Assembly: GCA_964544335.1 (NCBI GenBank)
Contig: CAZJAJ010000003.1
Span: 11,589 to 75,588, forward strand
Direction of reading: 5' to 3'
From: an uncultured Methanosarcinales archaeon
GTDB lineage: Archaea; Nanobdellota; Nanobdellia; Woesearchaeales; JABIAG01
Length of the DNA: 64,000 nt
Of this stretch, positions 19,714-29,020 are shown one piece after another (within the stretch, counting starts at the first letter, position 1; each line of letters starts with the position of its first letter). A program made the translations under genes and the position numbers. A model generated the notes under the pieces. The model ran no database searches. It saw only the letters and a program-made list of their open reading frames with translations, and was not told where the DNA came from.

Positions 19714-20262
19714 CTATAACATGCCTTCATCTGGCATAAACTTCATTTTTCTTCGCTGTTTTTCAAGGAATGTGTATACTGAAGAGTGTGGTGATCCTTG
19801 AATAAGCATGGAAAGTGCACGTTTACACATGGTTACGCCTGCAACTTCACCTATGATGGAGATGGTTTTCCCATATACAGAGATGTAGGTTTCGGTTAAA
19901 TCTTCAATAGTTCTTCGAGATTTTCCCCCTTCACCAATGATTCTTCCTTTGAGGCGTTGCATATCATTTTTGTTTCGCGCTATGTCTTTGAGCTCAATGA
20001 GTTCAAATGAGTAATCAGGTTTTAGTAACAGAAATGCGAGATCTGGATTAAATCCTCGTGCGATTGCTTTGATAATTTCACGTGCAATCATGAGTTGAAG
20101 GCCATCATCGCCTGTTACCGTAATGACTCCTTCAACAGAATCCACGTCTAGAACAGTGTTTGTTTCTTTTTCGATCTTTCGCTTAATCTTGCCTTTTGTA
20201 CCAATCACTATTGGAAGGCGCTCTTTTGGGATTTTGAGATCGTAGGAGTAGTTTTCCATCAT
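19714..20262 (-). CDS. KH-domain rRNA processing protein Dim2/Pno1
   Basis: IKAIARGF, KGRIIGEGGK and GSPHSSVY; follows rio1. Confidence 0.92.
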   Translation of the reverse strand: MMENYSYDLKIPKERLPIVIGTKGKIKRKIEKETNTVLDVDSVEGVITVTGDDGLQLMIAREIIKAIARGFNPDLAFLLLKPDYSFELIELKDIARNKNDMQRLKGRIIGEGGKSRRTIEDLTETYISVYGKTISIIGEVAGVTMCKRALSMLIQGSPHSSVYTFLEKQRRKMKFMPDEGML

Positions 20263-20948
20263 TTTAGCAAATCCTCTGTGGTTTTTAATGCTTCCTCTTT
20301 TAAACCAAGTTTTCTAAAATGCTGATTGACATTGTAGAGATCACGTTCAAGATATTCTTTTGCATGTGGTGATTCTTTGGTGATGGATTGGGAAAAATCA
20401 ATGATTACGGGTTTGTCATCAAGATTGAGGATGTTAAATGCACTTAGGTCTGCGTGCACAAGTCCTGCTTTGAGGATTTTTTTCATTTCTCTAATAATAC
20501 CCTTGTAGAATTTCTCAGGATCGCTTGGTGTTGCGTCTTTGAGCTTGTCTGCAGGTTCTCCTATGAGTTCCATGAGGAGAATATTGTGTTTTACTTCAAG
20601 CGGTGTTGGACAGTTTACTCTTGCTTCTCGTGCTTTTAAGAGGTTTCTGTATTCACGCCTTACCCACGTGAAGATAATTTCTCTTCGTTTTCTTGAAAGT
20701 TTTGCAACTCTGGTGTCTCCTTGGAGATATTTATACATCTGCAGGAAGTCACAGGTCTCAAGACGGTAGATTTTGACAATTACAGGCCCTTTCTTACCTT
20801 CTCCGATAAAGACATTGGATTCTTTACCTACAAAGAGGGGAATAAGGGTGTCTATGACAAGAAATCCATCAGACTCTAGTTTCTGGAGATGAGAAATCGT
20901 GAAACTATCGAAAACGGTCTTCTCAGTACGGTATTTCTCTCTTGTCAT
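20259..20948 (-). CDS. rio1: RIO1-family Ser/Thr kinase
   Basis: GKESNVF, VKIYR, REYRNL, LVHADLSAFNIL and IIDFSQ; start moved to the ATG at 20948. Confidence 0.93.
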   Translation of the reverse strand: MTREKYRTEKTVFDSFTISHLQKLESDGFLVIDTLIPLFVGKESNVFIGEGKKGPVIVKIYRLETCDFLQMYKYLQGDTRVAKLSRKRREIIFTWVRREYRNLLKAREARVNCPTPLEVKHNILLMELIGEPADKLKDATPSDPEKFYKGIIREMKKILKAGLVHADLSAFNILNLDDKPVIIDFSQSITKESPHAKEYLERDLYNVNQHFRKLGLKEEALKTTEDLLK

Positions 20949-21006
20949 GGCCTTGGAGAAACACAAAAGCTTTATAAAGGTATGGAACATTCCTTTTTTC
21001 AGATAT

Positions 21007-21306
21007 TGTGACATTTCACACTCAATGTTGAGGAAACTCAGCACGAGGACCCGTCACGAGAGTACTCAGTGGAGCTTAAGGTGAAAATCCGAGCTATGAA
21101 TTTGGGAGTTAGTGTTACGGGTCTCATTTTCACACATATCACAGACTAGACGTCTTATGACACGGGCGCAACAACGTGCTTTAGAACGCACATTCACGAT
21201 CACAACACATACTGTATTATGACACCTGACCTTTCCTGTTGATTAGGTCACTTACGTGTTAGTTCTAAAGTATTTCAAACAGCGACAAGCTGTGGAGGAA
21301 ATTAAA
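21007..21306 (+). ncRNA. putative structured ncRNA or long 5' leader of dnaG
   Basis: Several hand-identified stems, including a GAAA-capped hairpin and a 12-bp long-range helix (see findings). Confidence 0.45.
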
Positions 21307-22587
21307 ATGGGAAAAATAAGCCAAGTAAGTGCTAAATACTTAGTTCACGCTTCAATTCAAATCGATGGTGTTGTTGACAAACCAGACATCATTGGAGCAG
21401 TTTTTGGACAAACAGAAGGACTTCTAGGAAATGACCTAGAACTTCGAGAATTACAACGAAATGGTCGAATCGGCCGTATTGAAGTTACTACTGAATCAAA
21501 AGGTGGTAAAACACAAGGAACTATTCTGATTCCAAGTTCGCTTGATAAGGCAGAAACCTGTATTGTAGGTGCTGCTCTTGAAATTATTCAACGAATTGGA
21601 CCATGTAATGCTAAGATTGTGATTAAGAAAATTGAAGATGTACGAGTAAGTAAACGAGATCAAGTTGTTGGTCGTGCAAAAGAGCTTCTTAAGACACTTG
21701 TTGATAGCGTTATGCCAGATTCTGCAGAAATTGCAGATGAGGTTGCATACTCTGTTCGAGTAGAAGAGATTACCACCTATGGTAAAGACAAACTTCCTGC
21801 AGGTCCTAATTTAGATGAGGCAGAAGAAGTTATTGTTGTAGAAGGTAGAGCTGATGTAGTTAATCTACTCAAGTATGGATTCAAGAATGTTATTGCAATG
21901 AATGGTACGAATGTGCCTCCAACTATTGCTAATTTATCACAGCAAAAATCCATTACTGTTTTTGTTGATGGAGATAGAGGCGGTGATTTAATTATCCGTG
22001 GCCTTGCTGAAGTTGCAGAAATTGACTTTGTAACCAAAGCTCCTGATGGTAAAGAAGTTGAAGAACTTGCTAAGAAGGAAATTAACAAAGCACTTCGATC
22101 AAAGATTGCATGGGAACAAGCAAAGCTTGATATGAAGAGCGGCAGCAGTGACGATAAACGAAAATCATCCAGAGATAGTAGAAGTAATGGAAGAGATCGT
22201 AATAGTCGCGATAGTAGATCTTCTCGAAATGATCGAAATAGCAGAGACCGACCTGAAAGAAATACTCGTGAGCGATCTACTCCTCGAGGCCAACTGAGTG
22301 CTGATGAGAAAAAAGCATTTAAGAAAATGGGTGAAGAAATGATTGGTTCACGAGGTGCTTGCCTTGTTGATGTTGATCTTAAAGTACTTGGAAAAGTTCC
22401 GGTAACTGGTCTTGCAAACACAATCAAAAATCTTGACAATGTACACGCTGTTATTTTTGATGGCGAAGTGGATAAGGATATTGCAGGTGCTGCAGATAAA
22501 GCAGGCGTGAAATTCCTTGTTGGTATGGATAGTCAAGTAAAGCAATCTGAATCTAAAGCAAAATTGATGAATATTGCTGATTTGTAG
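21307..22587 (+). CDS. dnaG: archaeal DnaG (primase-like, exosome-associated)
   Basis: GAVFGQTEGLLG, VVEGRADV and FVDGDRGG; GGAGG RBS. Confidence 0.95.
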   Translation: MGKISQVSAKYLVHASIQIDGVVDKPDIIGAVFGQTEGLLGNDLELRELQRNGRIGRIEVTTESKGGKTQGTILIPSSLDKAETCIVGAALEIIQRIGPCNAKIVIKKIEDVRVSKRDQVVGRAKELLKTLVDSVMPDSAEIADEVAYSVRVEEITTYGKDKLPAGPNLDEAEEVIVVEGRADVVNLLKYGFKNVIAMNGTNVPPTIANLSQQKSITVFVDGDRGGDLIIRGLAEVAEIDFVTKAPDGKEVEELAKKEINKALRSKIAWEQAKLDMKSGSSDDKRKSSRDSRSNGRDRNSRDSRSSRNDRNSRDRPERNTRERSTPRGQLSADEKKAFKKMGEEMIGSRGACLVDVDLKVLGKVPVTGLANTIKNLDNVHAVIFDGEVDKDIAGAADKAGVKFLVGMDSQVKQSESKAKLMNIADL

Positions 22588-22658
22588 ATTTTTTATTTTC
22601 TTTTTTTACTTTCTCTTTCTTTAGAAACATATTTATAGACGAATTCTAGAATAGATGC

Positions 22659-23975
22659 ATGCCTTATGATATTGTAATTGGTCGTGGAAAGAGCGATATG
22701 GATAAGTATGGTATGAAAGGTACCATTCTTCTTGCTCGGCAGTATGTTACTATGGGTAGAACGACGTCTCTTAGCAATAATATTTACATGGATGTTGCAA
22801 AAGCACACGTGGTGTTTGTGTGTGGGAAAAGAGGTTCTGGTAAATCCTATACGATGGGTGCTATTGCAGAGGGTGCTGCTCAGATGGATCCTGAAATTAG
22901 TAAGAATCTTGCATTTATTATTCTTGATACGATGGGTATTTATTGGACGATGCGTTATCCTAATTTGAAAGATAAAGATTTACTTGATATGTGGAAGATT
23001 CCATCCAAGGGACTTGGAGTTGAAATCTTTACACCAGGTGGTTTTTTTAGAGAGTATCAAGAAAAAGGTATTCCTACTGATTATGCGTTTTCTCTTCGGC
23101 CTGATGAGCTGCAATCACAAGATTGGTTTTTGACCTTTGGTCTTGATCAAAATGATCCTGTTGCAGTGTTTATTGAACGGATTATTAACTCTATGAGAAC
23201 AACTGGGAAATCATATGGTCTTTCTGATATTGTTGCAGCAATTAAAGCAGATGAAGAAGAGGAACGTGGAATTAAGAACGCTGCACTTAATCGATTTGAA
23301 AATGCAGAAGGATGGGGATTGTTTGATAAAAATGGAACGCCTCTTGATGATCTTGCAAAGGGTGGAAAAGTAACTATTCTTGATGTCTCTTGTTATGCAA
23401 CAGCACCTAACGGATGGGCGATTAAATCACTTGTTGTGGGTCTTGTTGCGCAGAAGTTGTTTAATGAACGTATGGTCTCTCGAAAGAATGAAGAGTTTGC
23501 GATGATTAAGCAAATGACGACGTTTGGTGAAGTGGCGTCTTTGAAAAGTGATAGAAAACCATTAGTGTGGCTTGTGATTGATGAAGCACATGAGTTTTTA
23601 CCACGGCAAGGAAAGACGGCTGCTTCTGATGCACTCATTACCATTTTGCGTGAAGGTCGACAGCCAGGTATTTCGCTTATTCTTGCAACACAACAACCTG
23701 GAAAAATTCATACTGATGTAATGACACAATCAGATACTATTCTTGCTCATAGATTGACGAGTCGTATTGATATTGATGCTCTTAAGATGCTCAGTTCTTC
23801 TTTTATGAATAAGGGTATTGATGAACACTTGCGTATTTTACCACATGTTCCTGGTGCTTCTCTTATTATTGACGATAAGAATGAGCGTGTGTTTTCGACT
23901 AGGATGCGTCCTCGAAGTACGTGGCACGGTGGTGAGGCACCTATTGCTATTGAAAAAGAGAAGAAGTTGTTCTAG
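22659..23975 (+). CDS. HerA/FtsK-superfamily ATPase (DUF87-like)
   Basis: Walker A GKRGSGKS, Walker B VIDEAH, REGRQPG and ATQQP. Confidence 0.85.
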   Translation: MPYDIVIGRGKSDMDKYGMKGTILLARQYVTMGRTTSLSNNIYMDVAKAHVVFVCGKRGSGKSYTMGAIAEGAAQMDPEISKNLAFIILDTMGIYWTMRYPNLKDKDLLDMWKIPSKGLGVEIFTPGGFFREYQEKGIPTDYAFSLRPDELQSQDWFLTFGLDQNDPVAVFIERIINSMRTTGKSYGLSDIVAAIKADEEEERGIKNAALNRFENAEGWGLFDKNGTPLDDLAKGGKVTILDVSCYATAPNGWAIKSLVVGLVAQKLFNERMVSRKNEEFAMIKQMTTFGEVASLKSDRKPLVWLVIDEAHEFLPRQGKTAASDALITILREGRQPGISLILATQQPGKIHTDVMTQSDTILAHRLTSRIDIDALKMLSSSFMNKGIDEHLRILPHVPGASLIIDDKNERVFSTRMRPRSTWHGGEAPIAIEKEKKLF

Positions 23976-24014
23976 AAGGTAAATTTTTATTAATCTGAAT
24001 ACATTTTATACCGT

Positions 24015-24332
24015 ATGCCGTTTAGCAAAGCGTTTCCAAAAAAGATTGATGGTGCATCTTATCCTAAGTGGGAAGAGGTGTACTTGACGTATGAAGAAGA
24101 GATTACTGCAGAGGATGAGGCACGTAAAGAGAATCTTCGACTAATGAGGGAGTGTTTAAAGGATGCTAAAGGTATTCTTGGAGATACTGGGTATAAGGAC
24201 GAACAAGAGAGTGTTGTTCGCATGGCTATTTCGCTTTTTGAAAAGCGATCATCTCATGAAATCTATTGGAAAGAGAAGAAAGCTAAAGAAAAGTTTGACA
24301 AACTCAGTAATGCTCGTAAACCGTCGGCCTAA
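24015..24332 (+). CDS. hypothetical protein
   Basis: 105-aa charged helical ORF downstream of the ATPase. Confidence 0.7.
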   Translation: MPFSKAFPKKIDGASYPKWEEVYLTYEEEITAEDEARKENLRLMRECLKDAKGILGDTGYKDEQESVVRMAISLFEKRSSHEIYWKEKKAKEKFDKLSNARKPSA

Positions 24333-24507
24333 GTGTGATTAGACTGGAAACAAATAGAATGGTGAAGAATACTATGAAGGTTGTTCCCCACGTCAGATTT
24401 ATGATCCCCTGTACTGTTGATACCGTTGAAACCACTAATCCAAGAATGGATACTGCTGCAAACGTATTGTTAAGTGGAAAATATGATCGGTAATATCCTG
24501 CTGGCAT
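24304..24507 (-). CDS. small membrane protein
   Basis: 67 aa with two TM segments; TATA-like element upstream. Confidence 0.6.
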   Translation of the reverse strand: MPAGYYRSYFPLNNTFAAVSILGLVVSTVSTVQGIINLTWGTTFIVFFTILFVSSLITLRPTVYEHY

Positions 24508-24540
24508 GAATATTCTTAGGTAGAAGTGATATAAATATGT

Positions 24541-25653
24541 TTAGTTTTTGTAGATGAATTTGTCCACTTGAGATTTTGCCTTTTCTCTTCGTTTTTGGTG
24601 CTGTGCAAGGAATGTATTGATTTTTTCAATAAGTATTGCCTTAAGTTCTCCAGTAAGGAGTTTTCCTGATCTGTAGTCTGCTTCAATTTGAGCTAGTTTT
24701 TGATCATCTTCTTCAAAGAGCATTCGTAAATATTGGAATGAAACGTCAATGTCTGGGTTACCGCCTTTTTTTCTGTGTTCTTCAACGGTTTCTTTTCCAC
24801 CAGAGAATGCGTATTTGTTTATTTTTTTCTTTACCGTCTTTGGATCATCTGTTAAATAGATAGATTGTCCTTCTGAAGAAGACATTTTTCCTTCAACTCC
24901 CGTAAGTGGTGGAAGAAACTGACATTGAATGGATGCCGGTTTGTAAAATCCTAGTTTTGGCAGGATATCTCTTGTGAGTCTAAAATGTGGATCTTGATCA
25001 ATGGCATGCGGGATTAAACAGGGAATGTTCTTTCCTGCAAGTACAGATGGTAAAAACGCTGGAACGGTTTGCATGGATGTGTAAAAAATAGTTCCAATAT
25101 TTGATTCATTGGTAAATCCAAATGTGGATTTTACTTGCGAATAGGTTATTTTTTTTGCAACCTTACAAGCCTGCTTGTAGAGTAGTCCTGCGTGTTGTGT
25201 GTCGACGATAAAATGTGTTTTTTTAGGATCAAATCCTATTGCAATAACATCTAGCATGTTTTCATGTAAGTATTTTTGTGTGTCTTCAAATGCAAGATCT
25301 TTTTTGAAAAGAAATTTTTCTTCATCAGGAAATTGAAACCAGAGTTCAACACCGTAGGTGTCTTGTAACCATTTTGTAAAGATGAGTGGAAAAATGTGAC
25401 CTAGATGCATTGGACCTGACGGTGATCTTCCTGTGTAGAGAAAGAATTCATTTCCTTTTTCAAATTCATTAAATAACCAATTGAGATCTCTGTGTGCAAA
25501 GAAGATATTTCTTCTTATCATAAAATGTGATGTTCCTGCATCTGCTTCTAGGCGTTTTTTTAGTGCTGTATCAATTTTTTTTACGCCAAAGTCTTTTATG
25601 AGTTTTTCATAATCAACTTTTCCAGAAACATCCCAGGGAGTTACTTTTGCCAT
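24541..25653 (-). CDS. trpS: tryptophan--tRNA ligase
   Basis: VTPWDV, YTGRSPSGPMHLGH, AIDQDPHF, KMSSS and YAFSGG. Confidence 0.97.
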   Translation of the reverse strand: MAKVTPWDVSGKVDYEKLIKDFGVKKIDTALKKRLEADAGTSHFMIRRNIFFAHRDLNWLFNEFEKGNEFFLYTGRSPSGPMHLGHIFPLIFTKWLQDTYGVELWFQFPDEEKFLFKKDLAFEDTQKYLHENMLDVIAIGFDPKKTHFIVDTQHAGLLYKQACKVAKKITYSQVKSTFGFTNESNIGTIFYTSMQTVPAFLPSVLAGKNIPCLIPHAIDQDPHFRLTRDILPKLGFYKPASIQCQFLPPLTGVEGKMSSSEGQSIYLTDDPKTVKKKINKYAFSGGKETVEEHRKKGGNPDIDVSFQYLRMLFEEDDQKLAQIEADYRSGKLLTGELKAILIEKINTFLAQHQKRREKAKSQVDKFIYKN

Positions 25654-25729
25654 GAAAGGAATAGGAGATGTGGCTATTTAAATGTTTTGAGATAGGAAGA
25701 TTTAAAAGGATATTTACCTATGATTGTGC

Positions 25730-26635
25730 ATGAAGCATTCATATAGTATCACTTTTTTACTTTTGGGATTCTTTTTTCTATCACAGGTTATTGGTCTTGG
25801 TATTATTGCAACTGATGCATATGTGGCGCAAAGTGATGCTGGTGAAGTGGTGCTTACGTATCCTGATACGGCAATTGGAGAGCGTCCAACGCTTGAACCT
25901 AGTCAGTCTGTGTTGACTATTGTGTTTGCGATTGCTGTTGGAACCATCATTCTGTTTATTTTAATGCGATTTAAGCAATTTGCAGTGTGGAAATTTTGGT
26001 TCTTTCTAAGTATTTTCTTAACACTCTATATTTCATTTACTGTGCTTGTTGGAACATTTATTGCATTTTTTATTGCACTTGCGCTTGCACTGTGGAGATG
26101 GTTAAGACCTAATCCTTATGTGCATAATCTTACTGAATTATTTGTATATGCAGGTATTGCACTTATTTTTGTTCCCATACTAAATGTGATGTGGGTCACT
26201 GTTTTAATGGTCATTATTGCTGGGTATGATGCGTATGCAGTGTGGAAATCAAAACATATGATTAAACTTGCTGAGTTTCAGGCAGGCAATAAAACATTTG
26301 CGGGACTTTATTTTGGTTCTCGAAAGGTGGAGCGTGCTGCAACTCCTAAGGAATATAAGAAAAGTGGAAAAAGTAAACGAAAGAAAACCGTTCATGCTAT
26401 TTTAGGTGGAGGAGATATTGCGTTTCCTTTGATTTTTAGCGGAGTTGTAATGCAATCATTACTTCTTGAAGGAGTGAGCAAAGTTTCTGCTTTTCTTCAA
26501 ACCCTATTGATTCCTGTATGCTGTGTTGGAGCACTTTCTTATTTGTTTTTTAGAGGAACGTCTGCTCGTTATTACCCGGCAATCCCATATTTGCTTGTTG
26601 GTTGTCTTGTTGGGTATGTTCTTGTACTTTTGTAG
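25730..26635 (+). CDS. presenilin-like GxGD intramembrane aspartyl protease
   Basis: YD (GYDAYAVWKSKHM), LGGGD and PAIP motifs; multiple TM segments. Confidence 0.9.
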   Translation: MKHSYSITFLLLGFFFLSQVIGLGIIATDAYVAQSDAGEVVLTYPDTAIGERPTLEPSQSVLTIVFAIAVGTIILFILMRFKQFAVWKFWFFLSIFLTLYISFTVLVGTFIAFFIALALALWRWLRPNPYVHNLTELFVYAGIALIFVPILNVMWVTVLMVIIAGYDAYAVWKSKHMIKLAEFQAGNKTFAGLYFGSRKVERAATPKEYKKSGKSKRKKTVHAILGGGDIAFPLIFSGVVMQSLLLEGVSKVSAFLQTLLIPVCCVGALSYLFFRGTSARYYPAIPYLLVGCLVGYVLVLL

Positions 26636-27449
26636 TCTCGCCTGGAAACAAATTCAGTGTTTTATGACGAAGTCCTGCTGCATAGGACCCTGGTGAAATG
26701 AGTAATCCATCTTTTGCTGCAACCGTTTGCACTTCTGTTTCTAGTTGAATTTCTCTTGCAATTTGCAAAGGATCTTCTTTGAGTACTTTTGTTCCAAAGT
26801 GTGTAAGAATAGCAAGTCTTGGTTGAATTTGTTTGATGAGTTTTGTTACATCTTCTTTATTCATATTGTTTGAATCTTTTTTATCCACATAGGGCATGTT
26901 AATGATAAGGATGTCTGATTGTTCATATTGTTGGGCTAGTTCTTTGGTGTAACCCGTGTCACCTGTGTAGGAGAGCACGAATCCTGGGGTGAATAATTTG
27001 AAACCCAGTGCATGCGGATCTGAGTGCTGTGTTTTTAGTGCGTGCACTTCTAGGTGTTCAATACCTATTTTTTGTCCTGGCTCTGGGATTATTACTCGCT
27101 CAACACATTTTCTGTGAAAAGGAAGTAATTGCGCCGGTGTTGTTTCATCTCCCTCTGCAAAGGTTTTGTTTGCAATAAGCACACCTTTAGGATCTATACC
27201 ACCATAAGACATTGCTTGTAGTATGATGTTGGTGTCATTGCAATGGTGAATGTGTGCATGTGAGACAAGTACTGCCGTTGTTGCTTGTATATTTACTCCT
27301 ATCTGCCTTGCTCTTACAAGAGAACCTGGTCCTGGGTCTAGCAAGAATTGGTAGCCATCAGATATGATGAGTATCCCCCCAGACCCTCGAATCTGTTGAT
27401 TAGCTACATTGCCAGAGCCAGTCCCAAGAAAGAGAATTTTCGATTCCAC
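26550..27449 (-). CDS. MBL-fold metallo-hydrolase
   Basis: FLGTGSG, DPGPG, SHAHIHH, YTGDT and LTHFG. Confidence 0.87.
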   Translation of the reverse strand: MESKILFLGTGSGNVANQQIRGSGGILIISDGYQFLLDPGPGSLVRARQIGVNIQATTAVLVSHAHIHHCNDTNIILQAMSYGGIDPKGVLIANKTFAEGDETTPAQLLPFHRKCVERVIIPEPGQKIGIEHLEVHALKTQHSDPHALGFKLFTPGFVLSYTGDTGYTKELAQQYEQSDILIINMPYVDKKDSNNMNKEDVTKLIKQIQPRLAILTHFGTKVLKEDPLQIAREIQLETEVQTVAAKDGLLISPGSYAAGLRHKTLNLFPGETTKVQEHTQQDNQQANMGLPGNNEQTFL

Positions 27450-27536
27450 AGTAGAATTCTATAAAATTGGTTTTTAAGGATTTATGTAGTGCAGGGATTG
27501 CAAATGTTTATATAGGTATTTTGGGGTGTTTGGAGT

Positions 27537-27977
27537 ATGGACCTGAGAACGTATAATCCTAAGAGCAAGAGATATGTTGTTTTTGATGATGTAAGAGGTA
27601 CAAAGAGGCTTCTTAGTTATAGACACACGATCGATGGTATTTGTGGTAAATTGAATCAAATTCATGCATTTATTTTTGGTAGTCTTCTACAAAGAGATCA
27701 TAAAGAGTATGTTCGTATATGTATTGCAAAGGGTGATGTAGATAAACGAATACAAGTAATTGGAAAGGAAATTAAACGAATTGAGAGAGAAATTCGTGAT
27801 AGGGTTTCAATAACTGAACGAAATGTGAGAGAAATCATGTTTCTATATAAACTTCTTGTACCTCCTGTTGAGCGTTCTGATACTTCCAGAGAAGAGAGAG
27901 TGATTAAACGAGATCAAAAACGTGTTTCTGATATTTTTATTTCATTGATTGACCATATTAAATCGCTTGAGAAGTGA
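27537..27977 (+). CDS. hypothetical protein
   Basis: 146-aa ATG ORF, TATA upstream. Confidence 0.6.
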   Translation: MDLRTYNPKSKRYVVFDDVRGTKRLLSYRHTIDGICGKLNQIHAFIFGSLLQRDHKEYVRICIAKGDVDKRIQVIGKEIKRIEREIRDRVSITERNVREIMFLYKLLVPPVERSDTSREERVIKRDQKRVSDIFISLIDHIKSLEK

Positions 27978-28013
27978 GCAAAGCTTTAAAAACGATGTTC
28001 TGATAGCATTGCT

Positions 28014-28288
28014 TGGAAGACTAGACTGGGAGGTTAGCCCTCTCCTGTTACTCCAAACGGGCTTTAGGGAGAGTTGAAGAAGGAAAAGCGGTTTTGGGAT
28101 CTAGAAGTGGTCCTATTTGTAACCTACGATCCTTTGTCCTTCTTGATCGAAGCCCAATCGAACCGTGTCAGGCCGGGAACGGAGCAGCACTAAGAATGGG
28201 ATTTGGTGCTTGAAGGGTTGCGAAGGGGAGGGAGCTTTTAGGGAAGCTGCTTTTGGTGAACTTTGCTCATTTTCCTTTGTGTCTTCCA
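28014..28288 (+). ncRNA. ffs: signal recognition particle (SRP) RNA
   Basis: Helix 8 GTGTCAGGCCGGGAACGGAGCAGCAC; terminal helix TGGAAGAC/GTCTTCCA; Alu domain with UGU motif and loop-loop complementarity; TATA at 27985. Confidence 0.92.
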
Positions 28289-28335
28289 TTTTCTTTTATG
28301 GAAATATTTATTAGATTTTGATCTTTTTTTACAGT

Positions 28336-28779
28336 ATGATAGGTAGTGGTGTGGGAATTCTTGTACTGCATGAAGGAAAAGTTCTTCTTGGGCGAAAACA
28401 TCATGACAATGCGGTTTCTGGATCTGTGCTAGGTGGAGAGAATACATGGTCTTTACCAGGTGGAAAAATTGAATTTCATGAACAGTTTGAAGAAGCTGCT
28501 CTTCGAGAGCTCAAAGAGGAAGCGGGAATTAGTGTAGAGAAGGTACGTGTTATTTCAGTGAACAATGATAGAACAAGTGATAAGCATTTTTTAACCGTTG
28601 GTCTTCTTGGAGAGGGCGTTATTGGAGAGCCTCAAGTAATGGAACCGGATAAAATTGTGGAATGGAAGTGGTTTTCACTTAATGCTTTACCCGATAATCT
28701 GTATATGCCATCTGAGAAATTAATTAAAAATTATTTGAGTGGTTCTTTTTATATTCCTGAAGAACAATATATCAGATGA
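28336..28779 (+). CDS. NUDIX hydrolase
   Basis: Nudix box GGKIEFHEQFEEAALRELKEEAG. Confidence 0.92.
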   Translation: MIGSGVGILVLHEGKVLLGRKHHDNAVSGSVLGGENTWSLPGGKIEFHEQFEEAALRELKEEAGISVEKVRVISVNNDRTSDKHFLTVGLLGEGVIGEPQVMEPDKIVEWKWFSLNALPDNLYMPSEKLIKNYLSGSFYIPEEQYIR

Positions 28780-28813
28780 TCGCAGATTTTATATAGTTGG
28801 ATGATACTGATGT

Positions 28814-29020
28814 ATGATGAGACTTCATTTTGGTATCATCAGTGTGTTCTTACTGTTTCTTGTTGCAGTGATTGCGCTTGGAAGCGATATTACGGGTGCT
28901 GCAGTTACGCAATTTGATTCTAAAGAATTTGGTTTTGTGTGGACTCTCTTTATTGGGTGTGTTGCTATGGGCTGTATTTCTGCAATGGCTGTGTGGTTTG
29001 GTTTTATGCCAAGAGAATAG
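28814..29020 (+). CDS. small membrane protein with ITGAAV motif
   Basis: 68 aa; two hydrophobic segments flank ITGAAV. Confidence 0.55.
   Translation: MMRLHFGIISVFLLFLVAVIALGSDITGAAVTQFDSKEFGFVWTLFIGCVAMGCISAMAVWFGFMPRE

Noticed and set aside
21030..21043. GAGGAAACTC resembling RNase P CR-I (a second rnpB)
   Set aside because: It forms a local GAAA hairpin, no matching CR-V was found downstream, and the true rnpB is at 38887-39243.
21777..22439. Long antisense ORFs (220 aa in dnaG; also 34135-34719 and 29152-29526)
   Set aside because: These are shadow frames of well-supported genes, with no motifs or promoters.
26550..26635. 86-nt convergent overlap of the presenilin-like and MBL genes
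   Set aside because: It looks like a low-complexity C-terminal run-on; convergent overlaps are common in this compact genome.
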